DNA from: Takakia lepidozioides
Taxonomy: Eukaryota; Plantae; Bryophyta
Direction of reading: 5' to 3'
NCBI GenBank assembly: GCA_030704615.1
Contig: CM060731.1
Location: forward strand, 27,776,001-27,840,000
Length of the DNA: 64,000 nucleotides
The notes beneath the pieces were generated by a model, which saw nothing but the letters and a program-made list of their open reading frames with translations, made no database searches and was not told where the DNA came from. Positions 38,296-49,840 of the stretch are shown here, piece after piece. The number at the start of each line of letters is the position of its first letter. Within the stretch, counting starts at the first letter, position 1. A program made the translations under genes and the position numbers.

Positions 38296-39329
38296 TCGTG
38301 AACCACGAAATGTACACCCCTGATAAGATTAGAAAAGTTTTCAATGAGGATTTATATCTTCAAGATTGCGAAATTTCATGAATGTCGATTTCATGAATGC
38401 GGAGAATCTGGATCATCTACTGGTTTGGATTTGTTTGGTTAGGGCAGCCATGGATGATCCAAGTGTGTGGGGATTTTTCCGCAGGCCCCTCTCTATATTC
38501 TGCGGGTGTTCATCCCATTATCAATACGTTGACTGTTTGGTGTAGGCTTACAGAACATGGGTATAGGCACCAGTGGAGGACACCCTTCCACCTACGGTCT
38601 TGAGACTGGATCCAGTGGACACTATCGAACCGTGTTCAGCCTTGTTTATTTGAGCGTTATGTTAGAGAGCAGTAGAAGTGCTATCCTTTGTAGCGGTGGC
38701 GGTAGTGTGAGACCATATGCGTGGTAATTCGATTATCTCAAGGACCTAGTTGCTTTATCAGTGATCTTGGAGTATTTTATTGAAAGTCCAGTGGAATTTT
38801 GTAATCTATCTCTCTATCGACTCTCCATTCTGGTTCTATTTGAACTTCGCGAAGTCATGTAGAAAGAAATCATGTTTCATGTTTATCCAATTTTTCTTCC
38901 GTGCATTCTTGTTAGGGATAAGCATATTCTAGAGGCTACTTGCTAGTCTGCAGCTCATTGCTCTTCTGAGTGTTACTTTATCTGAACACAAAATCTGCGA
39001 GTGGATAACAGAATGGTGAAATTCGTAGGACAAAGGATGCTAAGATGGATGGCTGGACAAATGCACACGTTACGAGCACCGTGTTGAGACCAGAGTACCA
39101 TAGAAACCAGCACCGTGTGGAAACAAGAGTACCGTAGAAACTAGCACCGTGTAGAAACAACGACGCAATGGCGTGAGCCTTGCAAGGGAAACGCCGAACG
39201 AGCTTCCGTAAGAGACCTATTAGGGGAGATGGTGATGAAGCATTGGAGAAACAATCTTGCATCAAGTCCGGTATTAAAAAATACATGGATTTTTGGAAAA
39301 ATGGACGCTCTTAGAAATATCATGAAACA

Positions 39330-39623
39330 ATATGATCAATATTAGACGAATATTCTTGAAGAACTTGACCTTCCGTTGGGGAGCCAAATGACGAACTTAT
39401 CGAAGGATTTTGGCCAGTAACAAAATGGGTCGAGCACCACAAGAGAGACGGTGTTCATAGAGAGTCTTAAGACGCATTGTCCGATAATGAAGATATTGTG
39501 GAACCGTATTGTGGGCCGAGATGTGACCGTCCAAAAATACCGTTAAATCCATTCAAGGATATTGAGAAAAGATTTTTTGACCTTGTTCGCCCAAATGATA
39601 CAGAGACTTTTCCTGTTTGGATG
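39330..39623 (+). pseudogene. 5' fragment of an unassigned, probably TE-associated ORF
   Basis: Reads ...EPYCGPRCDRPKIPLNPFKDIEKRFFDLVRPNDTETFPVWM and then stops abruptly at AT-rich DNA. Confidence 0.45.
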
Positions 39624-39879
39624 AAATATTTTATTTTGTAAAAAAAAAAGTATGTCGGTCTCGAATCCAAATTGACTCCTGTAAAGAATAACCACGGATA
39701 TAAATTTATGAACACTAACACATGAATACAAGGCCCGAAGGCGAACTAAAAGGTATTCAAAATCAAAACGGTACACGGGAAATTAAAAAACATCTTATTC
39801 ACATGAGAAATCCGAATCAACATTAATAAAATATGGAAAAATGTATGGAACATATGGAACTTCTAAACATTTTTAATCG

Positions 39880-42100
39880 GAATAATTTCTCCAAATCAAT
39901 GTATCAATATACTCCAAAGCTATGTACATTTATTTTTTCAATGACTCACTTCGGGATATGAGGTTTTGAGGTAGGGTTTAGGATAAGAAAAAAGTGTGAA
40001 AAGGGGGGGGGGGAAAAAAAAACAAATTGTGCATCGAACCTATAAGAACTTTCAATCAAATATCTCAACCTTGAATACATTGTACCCCAAAGTAAGAATG
40101 TGTTTTTTTAACGAGCTTCCAACATGGATATAAGGTTTTAGGAGCATAAAGTTTTTTATAAGTATGAATCACACAAAATATGTAGGAAAGTTTATGACCT
40201 GTAAAAACGTTCAATCAAGTAATATTTTAACGATAATTGTATTATACCCAAAGCTGGAAAAATGATTTGAATGTATTTCAAATATTTGAATGAGGTTTAG
40301 GGTATAGGGGGTTGGAGAAGTAAAAGTACTATCAAGTACAAAATAAAATTGGAAGAGTGTGTAGAACATAAGAATTTCCAAGTAAATATCCCGAGGACTC
40401 TATCATACATATAAGCTAGAATAAAATGAATCAATGAGCTTCAAATGTGGAAACTACATTTTAGAGTATACTAGGGTTTAGAACAAGCAAAAGTATGAAT
40501 GATACAAATAATGGGATACTGTTCAGGACTAATACAAAATTTTAATTCAATTTTCCAACAACTCTTAGTAGTATGCAACCCCAAAGTTAGAAAAGAAATT
40601 GATATTTTTGGGGTACTGGGCTTAGGCTATTAAACTAAAGTAAGTGTGAGAGAACCCCAGAAATTGCGTGCGTTAGGTAAGAAACTTAGGATCTACAAAA
40701 ATATCAATTAAAAATCCAGACCACTTTATCTTATTATAAAGTGAATCAATGGGGGGAAAAATAATAATGAGCTTTCAAACAATAAAAATATATAACTTAC
40801 TAGGATTTAGGGTAAGCAAATTTGGTACTATTCAATTGACAAACAAATTTACAAGAGTAATTAAGACATATAAAATCTCTCAATTAAATATCATAAAATT
40901 CTATAAACTTCCCCAAAGCTTAGTACTAGCCAAAAAAAATAAAAATCTATTCAATGTAAACAAAGGGTTGAAAAGTGCTTATAAGGAAGTTCCATACAAA
41001 ATTGCTATCAAGTAGTACTAAGCAATTGTTTTAATGAGCTAATTCAATCTTATATATGTTGGGATTAAAATTTGTTCCGACCAAGTCCCCTCTATTATAC
41101 CCCAAAGCTGAAAAATTTAGAAATGGGAGGAAAAACAAAAACAAAAACAAACACGGGACTTGGGCTTCAAACATGGATATGAGGTGGACAAAAATATCAA
41201 TGAGAAACTAATATGGAAGCGACAGTTTGTGTACGAGGTCCTATAAAAATTTTCAAAAAACAACAACAAAACTTTCAATCAAATATCCCAACCTTGAATG
41301 CATTGTATTCCAAAGTAGGAATTTGCTTTCTTAATAAGCTTCAAACATGGATATAAGGTTTCAGGGGAATAAAGTTTATAAGAAATAAAAGTATGAATCA
41401 CATAAAAGTATGCATGAATATTTAGGACCTATAATTTTTTTAAACATTCAACAATCAAGTCAATATAATATTCTAACCATTGTAATTTGTATTATACCCA
41501 AAGCTCAAAAATTGATTTGAATGAACTTCTTGAATGAGGTTTTGCGGTATAGGGTTTCGGATAAACAAAAGTACTTCAAGTAAAAGAAAACATATGGAAG
41601 AGTAAGAATTTCCAAGTAAATATCTCGATGACTCTGTCATATATGTAAGCTGAAAAACGTAATTAATTGAGCTTCAAATGTAGCAATTACGTTTTAGGCT
41701 ATAGGGTTAAGGCTATAGGGGTTAAGTCTCCGACAAAAGGATGAATGACAGGGGTGATGGGAGAGTGTTTAGGACCTATACAAATTTTTAATTAAATATT
41801 CCACCACTGTAGTATGCAACCTCAAAGTTAGAAAAACAATTAATTCCGAGTGTTAAGCTTCAAACATTACAAAGATATTTTTGTGGTACTCGACTTAGGC
41901 TAAGTTACAGTATATTAGATAAGAAACAAATATTATGAAAGAATAACATTAAGGACCTATAAAAATGTCATTCAAAAATCCAAACCAATCCCAAAAAAAA
42001 AATGAAAAAGTGTTTAGGAGGTTATATAAAAACTTGCAAGTATTACTAAGCAAAAGGTTTTTTTTTTAAATCCCAACCACTCTAACAAAATTTATTCATA
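39880..42100. repeat. AT-rich degenerate repeat block with a ~0.7-kb duplication (40049-40720 vs 41271-41990)
   Basis: Recurrent ccaaagct / gagcttcaaa / ggacctata motifs and a colinear duplicated segment. Confidence 0.7.
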
Positions 42101-42259
42101 CAAAATTTATTGAAAGTGATCCAAAATTTGCTAGAAGAATGAACAACGTTACAATTGAGTAGAACAACTATTTTTTATCCATCATTCAAAGTCATTGAGG
42201 TTTAAAACATTACAAGGAAACAAGAAAGTTGGAGAGTTGTCTGCATTCATACCATTTTA

Positions 42260-42558
42260 GTTTTCATTATCTTGACGATTTGCTGATTCCAAATTTGCTC
42301 TAGCATTGTCCGCCTCTCGACCAATTATCTTTTTTGTGCTTGTTTTTGTCGTATTTTTTCTCGACGGCATTGTCTACACTACATTGTCAACATGAATCCA
42401 TTGAGCGGGATCCGTTGGGTTGAACTCCCAATTTTTGGACCAACAATCTTTGTATCTATCTGCATCCGTAGGATTGCCCCCTTTCTTCGGTCTCCACCAC
42501 TCCACAAGAAGCTTTTTGTAATTGTGATCTTCTTTATCTCGTACAACATCCGATATTG
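42260..42558 (-). pseudogene. 3' fragment of an unassigned ORF (probably the continuation of 39330-39623)
   Basis: ISDVVRDKEDHNYKKLLVEWWRPKKG...CWSKNWEFNPTDPAQWIHVDNVV*TMPSRKNTT... Confidence 0.5.
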
Positions 42559-42771
42559 TCAAGTTATCATTCCTGACGTCACGTGGCGCTGACACGTCGG
42601 TCGTCACGTCCGATGTGCGTCACGACACGTCGAATCCGGACGTTTATCCACGTAATTTTTTTACATTTGACTTTTACGATTTACTTCTACTTTTTGTAAT
42701 GACATGGCAACCACGGTGTAAAACAGACGTGGCCAATTATTAATATTTATCAATTCTATTTAAAAAATGAG

Positions 42772-43275
42772 TCCGCATATATTGGCGGTCGCATATAATT
42801 TATTATTTTTAATAAAAGCGACCGCCCATATTGGCGGTCGCCGGTAATTTATTTATTTTTAAATGAAGCGATCGCCCATATTGGCGGTCGCCCGTAATTT
42901 ATTTATTTTTAAATGAAACGACCGCCGAAATTGGCGGTCGCCCGTAATTTATTTATTTTTAAATGAAGCGACCGCCGAAATTGGCGGTCGCCCGTAATTT
43001 ATTTATTTTTAAATGAAGCGACCTTCCATATTGGCGATCGCCCGTAATTTATTTATTTTTAAATGAAGCGACCGCCCATATTGGCGGTCGCCCGTAATTT
43101 ATTTATTCTTAAATGAAGGGACCGCCCATACTAGCGGTCGCCCGTAATTTATTTATTTTTAAATGAAGCAACTGCCCATATTGGCGGTCGCCCGTAATTT
43201 TTATTTTTTAAAATGAAACGACCGCCCATATTGGCGGTCGATTGTATTTTATTACATTTTAAAATAAGCGGTCGC
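42772..43275. repeat. Palindrome array 1: GCGACCGCC-N6-GGCGGTCGC at exact 50-bp period (9 copies plus partials)
   Basis: Units start at 42818, 42868, ... 43218. Confidence 0.95.
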
Positions 43276-43855
43276 GTGTTTTTTTTTTTTTAGAAATCCA
43301 GGGACCCGCCGTGTGGCGTTTTGTTTTTTATTTTTAATCATGAAGCGGCGCCTCGGCCAGCCACGTGGCGAGGTGCCACGGGTCAGGAAAAACGAAACAA
43401 ATGGGATGGGGGGAGGTGGTTTAGAACCCTTGACCTCTCCCATGTGAGTGCGCGTGGCGAGGTGCGACTGGCCAGTCGCGCCTTTTCAAGCATAATGCCA
43501 TTTTTTTGGGGGAGGGGGCTGGTGGGCGCCTATATAAACTATTCCCCCCTCCTTTTCTGATCACTTTTGCTCCTCTTGTGGTGTGGTTCATTGGCATCAT
43601 GTAGTCATTTCGAACTTCGTTGCTTGGCACTGCCAACGGAAGGTGCAAAGGTGATTATTTGGGGGGGAGGTTTTGTCGGTTTTATATTGGTCAGTCGCAC
43701 ACACTTGTTCACAGTACAATCATCGTATCACCATTTGCCGTTTCCGGATCTCCGACGGCCTGTTTATTTGCAGAAAACTACGAAGACACCATCCACACGA
43801 GTTCATTGCCATTTTTCTGAGGTTTTGGACCATGTAGTGGGCAAAGGTTTATACA

Positions 43856-45304
43856 ATGTCGGGGGTTGTGAATTCAAGTTCTGGGGCGGGATCGTCTGGG
43901 GGGCGGAGGAAGAGAAAACGTGCCCACGAGCGGGATAGTCAGGTCAACAAGTCAGACTACCCGGGACCGGATGCCTCGGATAGGGTGAAAGAAGTGGTAG
44001 CGGATTATTTCAAGGGTAGGGACATGATGAGGCTGGAGAGTGCTTATGTTAGGCATGGATGAGAGGGGTTTCAGATTTTCTAGCAAAATATGGAGAGGAA
44101 AATGACAAACGCTTTGGCGGGGGCTAAGTGGATGGCGGACAGGGACAAGCCAAAGTTCAATCGGTGGATCCAAAGCAGGGCGAAAGACGCCACGTGAAAT
44201 TTGAGGCAGCTAATGAAGACATGGAAGGGTAGAACAACCGAGGGTCGAGTGCCCTCCACCGAAGCCGAGTTAATGCGGCGTGTTGAGTATTGGGCTTGCT
44301 CGGCAAGTCAGAATTCACGTGCCGGATTAGGGTTGTCCCTTGGAAGGCGGGGTCATCGGGCGGGGGAGGCACAACTGGTCTTTATTACCTGAACTCTAGT
44401 GCGAAGGTGGTAGAGATTGGCCCTTACAAAGAAGGAGGGTATGTTAAGGTCCGTCACTGTAGGAATGTTGGCGATTCTAGAATACCGGAGCGTTGGGAAC
44501 TAGCGGGAAAAAATCCAGAAAAGACGTTGAGACAACATAACGACGAGTGTTTAGCAGTGAAGTTCCAGCATTCAGGTGTTATCTCGTATTTTGCTGTGAA
44601 TGCACGTGAGGTAGAGGGTTACACTCGCTGGTGGAATGGGGGGACAATACGCGACATGATAAACCTTGACAAAAAATGGGGCAACGATTCGGACAACAGG
44701 GTGATTTTGGAACAAAGGGGAACGGAAGCAGAGTTCCAGGAATGCGATCGCTTGCTTCGTTTCCGGAAAGTGCGCAGTAAACTTGCATGGGCACTGGTGT
44801 GCATCATGGATGTTGTCCACAAGAACGGTGTCCTGCACAACGACTTGTCCCCCAACAACATCTTGTTGCATTTTCCAGATGGCACCGAGGAGATCAAGAT
44901 TGGGGTGTGTGATTGGGGCTTAGCCACCTCATTGGGCATATGCAAAGCCTCGCCGTACCAATTTGAAAACCAAGACAAGCTGGACCGGGAACTCGCGAAA
45001 AGATGGGGGGTGGAAAAAGATATTGCATCGGTTTTCAATGCGAATGCCAACCCCCCCCCACCCCCAGGACATGACGTTGGAGGCCTTTGCCGTTGGGAAG
45101 ATAGCGGTACGAATAAATGGCGGCGTTCATTATGATCAAAGTATGTTCCAGGACCAATTTACGGGAGGTTGTTGGCATTCAATGTTACAAAGGTTGTACG
45201 ACAATAACAAGAATGAGAGAGTCACATTAGCCCATGTAGTACTTCGGTTCGTGGGCAAGCCATTCAATTGGCCTCAGCCGAAAGACGTATATAGGACGGA
45301 GTAG
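43856..45304 (+). pseudogene. Intronless atypical protein kinase (frameshifted)
   Basis: EGGY, VLHNDLSPNNILL catalytic loop, VCDWGLA; frameshift at the poly-C near 45050; TATATAAA at ~43531. Confidence 0.85.
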
Positions 45305-45509
45305 ACCATAATCTCGTAGATATGACATTTCTGGCGGTACAATGGTTCTTTTATGAAGACATAACTCAATTTTGATCGTGCATGTAATAAATAAAGTCTC
45401 ATTGTAAATACTACATTGCATATGCTCGACCCTGACACATGTTATCGCAACATAAATGGTTCGTGTACTGGTTCACTGTTTATATTTGTAATATTCTAAG
45501 GTTTCGGAT

Positions 45510-45797
45510 AGGGTTATGAGAAAACGATGTATTAGTTCCGTAGGAGTTAGACAACAAACGTCTCATCTCATTCAACTGTGCGACACTACCATGAGAGACA
45601 TGGATCGGAAAGTAATAGGTGCACATGCGACCTCCGAACGTTTGATACTAGGTCTCTACTTAAACGTGCGGAGGTTGCATGTACATCTATTATTTTTTTA
45701 TCCATGCCACTCATGGTAGTATCGCACAGTTGAATGAGATATGGAACGTTTGTTGTCCAACTTCTATGGATCCAATATATCATTTTCTCAATACCCT
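45510..45797. repeat. Long imperfect foldback (~135-bp arms, short loop)
   Basis: agggtt-atgagaaaacgatg... pairs with ...catttctcaataccct-like right end; arm similarity is visible even in the translations of both strands. Confidence 0.9.
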
Positions 45798-45949
45798 GTC
45801 AGAAACATTGAAATATTCGCAGTTACAAACAGTGCCACAATACACGGCCGGTTTTGTTGAAATGACATTTGTGAGGTTCGAGTATATGCAATTTATTATT
45901 TACAATGGAATTTTATTTACTCGGAGGACCGGTACTGCTGTTGGAGCGC

Positions 45950-46400
45950 AACTGATGGTGCGAGTTCTCTATTGATTGGAGCTGTCACAACCAATGTCAA
46001 CAATCATATTTACGGTAAGGTATTTCATGCTATTGTTGTTCCTCTAGCTGAATTCTGTAGTACTCTTTTTGCTATTCTCATGCCAACGTCCTCTGAGACT
46101 GTCATGTTCAAACGGACGTATCAGCCACCCCGGCCAGCTTGCAGGCTGCAACCATGGCCCACCATAAATTGAATGAATTGGAGATTTTGTGCGAAGTTCC
46201 TGGTTTCATGTCCGTGGTGGCTGATACGAAATTCGGAATATGGCAGTCGCAGTGGACCTGATGTTGTTGGCATGGGAGTAGCAAAACGATTCCTAAATAA
46301 TTCTGCTACATGAACATCGGCAATATGAAACACCTTGCAGTACATATGATTATTGATATTGTTTGCACGGATTATTTGTGTTTGTGCTTTCAAGTGGCGA
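45950..46400. repeat. Second, more diverged inverted repeat
   Basis: Plus-strand NNHIYGKVFHAI...MPTSS mirrors minus-strand NNHMYCKVFHIA...MPTTS. Confidence 0.75.
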
Positions 46401-46664
46401 ACATTTCCGTCATGGTGCAGAAGACGTACATTGGCCACATTAAACGGTTGATGTGATACCATTTCACAAATGTATCACATCGCATTTGTGAAAATGTATC
46501 ACATGAACCGTTCCATGTGGCATATGGGAGTCTTCGATGGGTACGAGATCAATGTGGCCTACGAGATCTGCTTCCACCAACAAACATGAGATCATTTTAG
46601 AAGCGCTAGAACTTTGAAGCGACGATGGGCAAGGTTCTTCATCCAGATGTTCAACATGCTGAGG

Positions 46665-46955
46665 TCTTCTGTAATGTCTCTTGCTTCGTAATGAGGTGCT
46701 TCTCCAACTCTTATTTTTTCAATGTTAATATCTTCCATCTGGAACATATCCACACATGCGTATATAACTTAAAAAACCAAATGACCATCAAAACCGGAAG
46801 CTGGGGATGAGGCTTATAAAAGTTGAGATGACCATTTGTTTTTTAAGGATTTCTGCACATATATGTGGATCTGTTCCAGGTGGAGAATATTAACATATTG
46901 GATAAAGTGGACATGGAGAAGCATCGCATTACGAGGTAGGAGACACTACAAAAAG
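46665..46955. repeat. Third inverted repeat
   Basis: aatgttaatatcttccatctggaacatatccacacat vs atatgtggatctgttccaggtggagaatattaacat. Confidence 0.8.
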
Positions 46956-46999
46956 AGCATACCATGTAACAGGTTCCAGTATAATCGAAGACGAAACCC

Positions 47000-49392
47000 C
47001 ATTCATTCAATGGATAATTGAATGGTTGCCCATCCAAATGATTTTCGTTTGCTTTCAATCTTTGCCACTATGTTCAACATACCATGTATCAGGTCCCGGA
47101 CTAATATCAGATCAATCGAAATTCAGTCGATGGCTCAACGGATGGTTGGCCATCGAAATGATTTTGTTTCGCTTTGAGATTTGGCCACTATGTTCAATGT
47201 GCCATGTAAGAGGCCCCAGAGTAATATGAGATCAATCGAAATTCGTTCAATGGGCCAACGGATGGTTGTCCATCCAAATGATTTTCGTTCGCTTTGAAAC
47301 TTGGCCAGTGTGTTCAATGTACCCTCTGATACGTCCCAGTGTAATACAAGATCAATTGAAAATCGTTCGATTTGTCCAATGAGGCGTTCACTTGTCATCT
47401 GGTTTTTGTTCAATGCGAAAAAGAAATCCTACAATGCGTGCACGGCTATTGCACCCATTGAACGGATGTGGTTGAAGCCTCTCTTTTGCCCGCATGTGCT
47501 TGAACATGTGTGCGACACATATGCGGAGACACAACAGACGAATAAATCATTTGCCTCCCCATGGACGCGCTCCCCCCTCAAGCCATTCCACAATTTAATT
47601 GAATTTAAATTTATTTTAAGCCAATAAATAGGTTTGCACTACCTTTCAGTGGGGGTTTCGGGCACGTATCAATTTTGTTTTTGGCTCAATTTTGTTCTGC
47701 GGCTTCTAGCATCCCACGGCTACTCCCCTGCCAAAATTTGGACCAATAAAAAATGCCCCCAAAAAAAAGTGTTGTCTTCACTCACTATTGCAGAACTCTT
47801 TATAAAGATTGCACACAAATCAAGTTTGGAGTGCAAAACAGGGAAGAAACTGTGGTTTTGGGTCCAAATGAATTTTTATCGCTCCCAAATTTGGCACGCA
47901 CGTTGCATATGGCTACATTACACGCCCCATTCAAAAACGGAATGAAAAAAAAAATCGTGAGCACGCGAAACAGAGTCCAACAGGTCCCAAAGCAATAGCA
48001 GCTCCAACAGAATACATTCAACGGGTGAACGGATGGTTGCCCATCCAAATCATTTTTGTTAGCTTCCAAACTTTGCCAGCATGTTCCAGATACCCTCTCA
48101 CAGGTCCCGGACTAATATCAGATCAATCGAAATTCATTCGATGGCCCAACGGATGGTTGGCCATCGAAATGATTTTGGTTCGCTTTGAGACTTGGCCACT
48201 ATGTTCAATGTGCCATGTAAGAAGCCCCAGAATAATATGAGATCAATCGAAATTCGTTCAATGGGCCAACAGATGGTTGTCCATCCAAATGATTTTCGTT
48301 CGCTTTGAAACTTGGCCAGTGTGTTCAATGTACCTTCTGATACGTCCCAGTGTAATACGAGATCAATTGAAAATCGTTCGATTGTCCAATGAGGCGTTCA
48401 ATTGTCATCTGGTTTTTGTTCAATGCGAAAAAGAAATCCTACAATGCGTGCACGGCTATTGCACCCATTGAACGGTTGTGGTTGAAGCCCCTCTTTTGCC
48501 CGCATGTGCTTGAACATGTGAGCGACGCATGTGCGGAGACACAACAGACGAATAAATCATTTGCCTCCCCATGGACGCGCTCCCCCCTCAAGCCATTCCA
48601 CAATTTAATTGAATTTAAATTTATTTTAAGCCAATAAATAGGTTTGCACTGCCTTTCAGTGGGGGTTTCTGGCACGTATCGATTTTGTTTTTGGCTCAAT
48701 TTTGTTCTGCAGCTTCCAGCATCCCACGGCTACTCCCTCGCCAAAATTTGGACCAATAAAAAATGCCTCAAAAAAAAAGTGTTGTCTTTGCTCACTATTG
48801 CAGAACTCTCTATGAAGAATGCATGAAGTAGAACACAAATCAAATTTGGAGTATAAAATAGGGAAGAAACTGTGGTTTTGGGTCCAAATGAATTTTGATC
48901 GCTCCCAAATTTGGCACACACGTTGCATATGGCTACATTACACGCCCCATTCAAAAATAGAATGAAAAAAAAATCGTGAGCACACGAAACAGAGTCCAAC
49001 AGGTCCCAAAGCAATAGCAGCTCCAACAGAATACATTCAACGGGTGAACGGATGGTTGCCCATCCAAATCATTTTTGTTAGCTTCCAAATTTTGCCAGCA
49101 CGTTCCAGACACCCTCTCACAGGTCCCGGACTAATATCAGGTCAATCGAAATTCATTCGATGGCTCAACGGATGGTTGTCCATTGAAATGATTTTGGTTC
49201 GCTTGGAGACTTGGCCACTATGTTCAATGTGCCATGTAAGAGGCCCCAGAGTAATATGAGATCAATTGAAATTCGTTCAATGGGCCAACGGATGGTTGTC
49301 CATCCAAATGATTTTCGTTCGTTTTGAAACTTGGCCAGTGTGTTCAATGTACCTTCTGATACGTCCCAGTGTAATATGAGATCAATCGAAAT
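47000..49392. repeat. ~1.01-kb tandem duplication (about 2.4 copies) containing 120-bp subrepeats
   Basis: Near-identical ORF translations offset by 1010-1019 bp; atggttgNccatcNaaat recurs every 120 bp. Confidence 0.95.
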
Positions 49393-49840
49393 TATTTTGT
49401 GCTTTGAGAATTTTGTGGGTATGTTCGTAGAAAGATCATAGATTTTGCGAAATGATTATGAAATACGCAAGGACCAGGCAAAATTTGTTTGGAAGATGAC
49501 CGTTTGTAACTCGTTATAACTTATTTGTTAACATCAATTTTCTTTGTTCTCCAGTTTTCGGAGTTCATTGCAAATACCTATATACACGTCATGACCAAAT
49601 ATGACACCATTATAAATTTATTTACAGGGTGAACTACTTCTTCCCCATCACACGAGTGTAAATGTGAAGAAAACGCTGCTCATGCAATTGAAATTGGCAG
49701 GTGCCGCACATGTGCTTGTGTATTAACAAAATTGGTGATATACAAACTTGGCGGAATGTCATCACTGTGTTTTCCAACAATATTCAAGGTACAACAAAAA
49801 TGCATATTGTATATGTACTATGTTGCCAGTCATTCAAAGC

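Noticed and set aside
37891-38344. Repetitive ORFs (FLRCARF...)
   Set aside because: Translation artefacts of the 17-bp minisatellite
38381-38987. Solo LTR
   Set aside because: TG...CA candidates and a TATA-like motif exist, but no matching TSD could be identified
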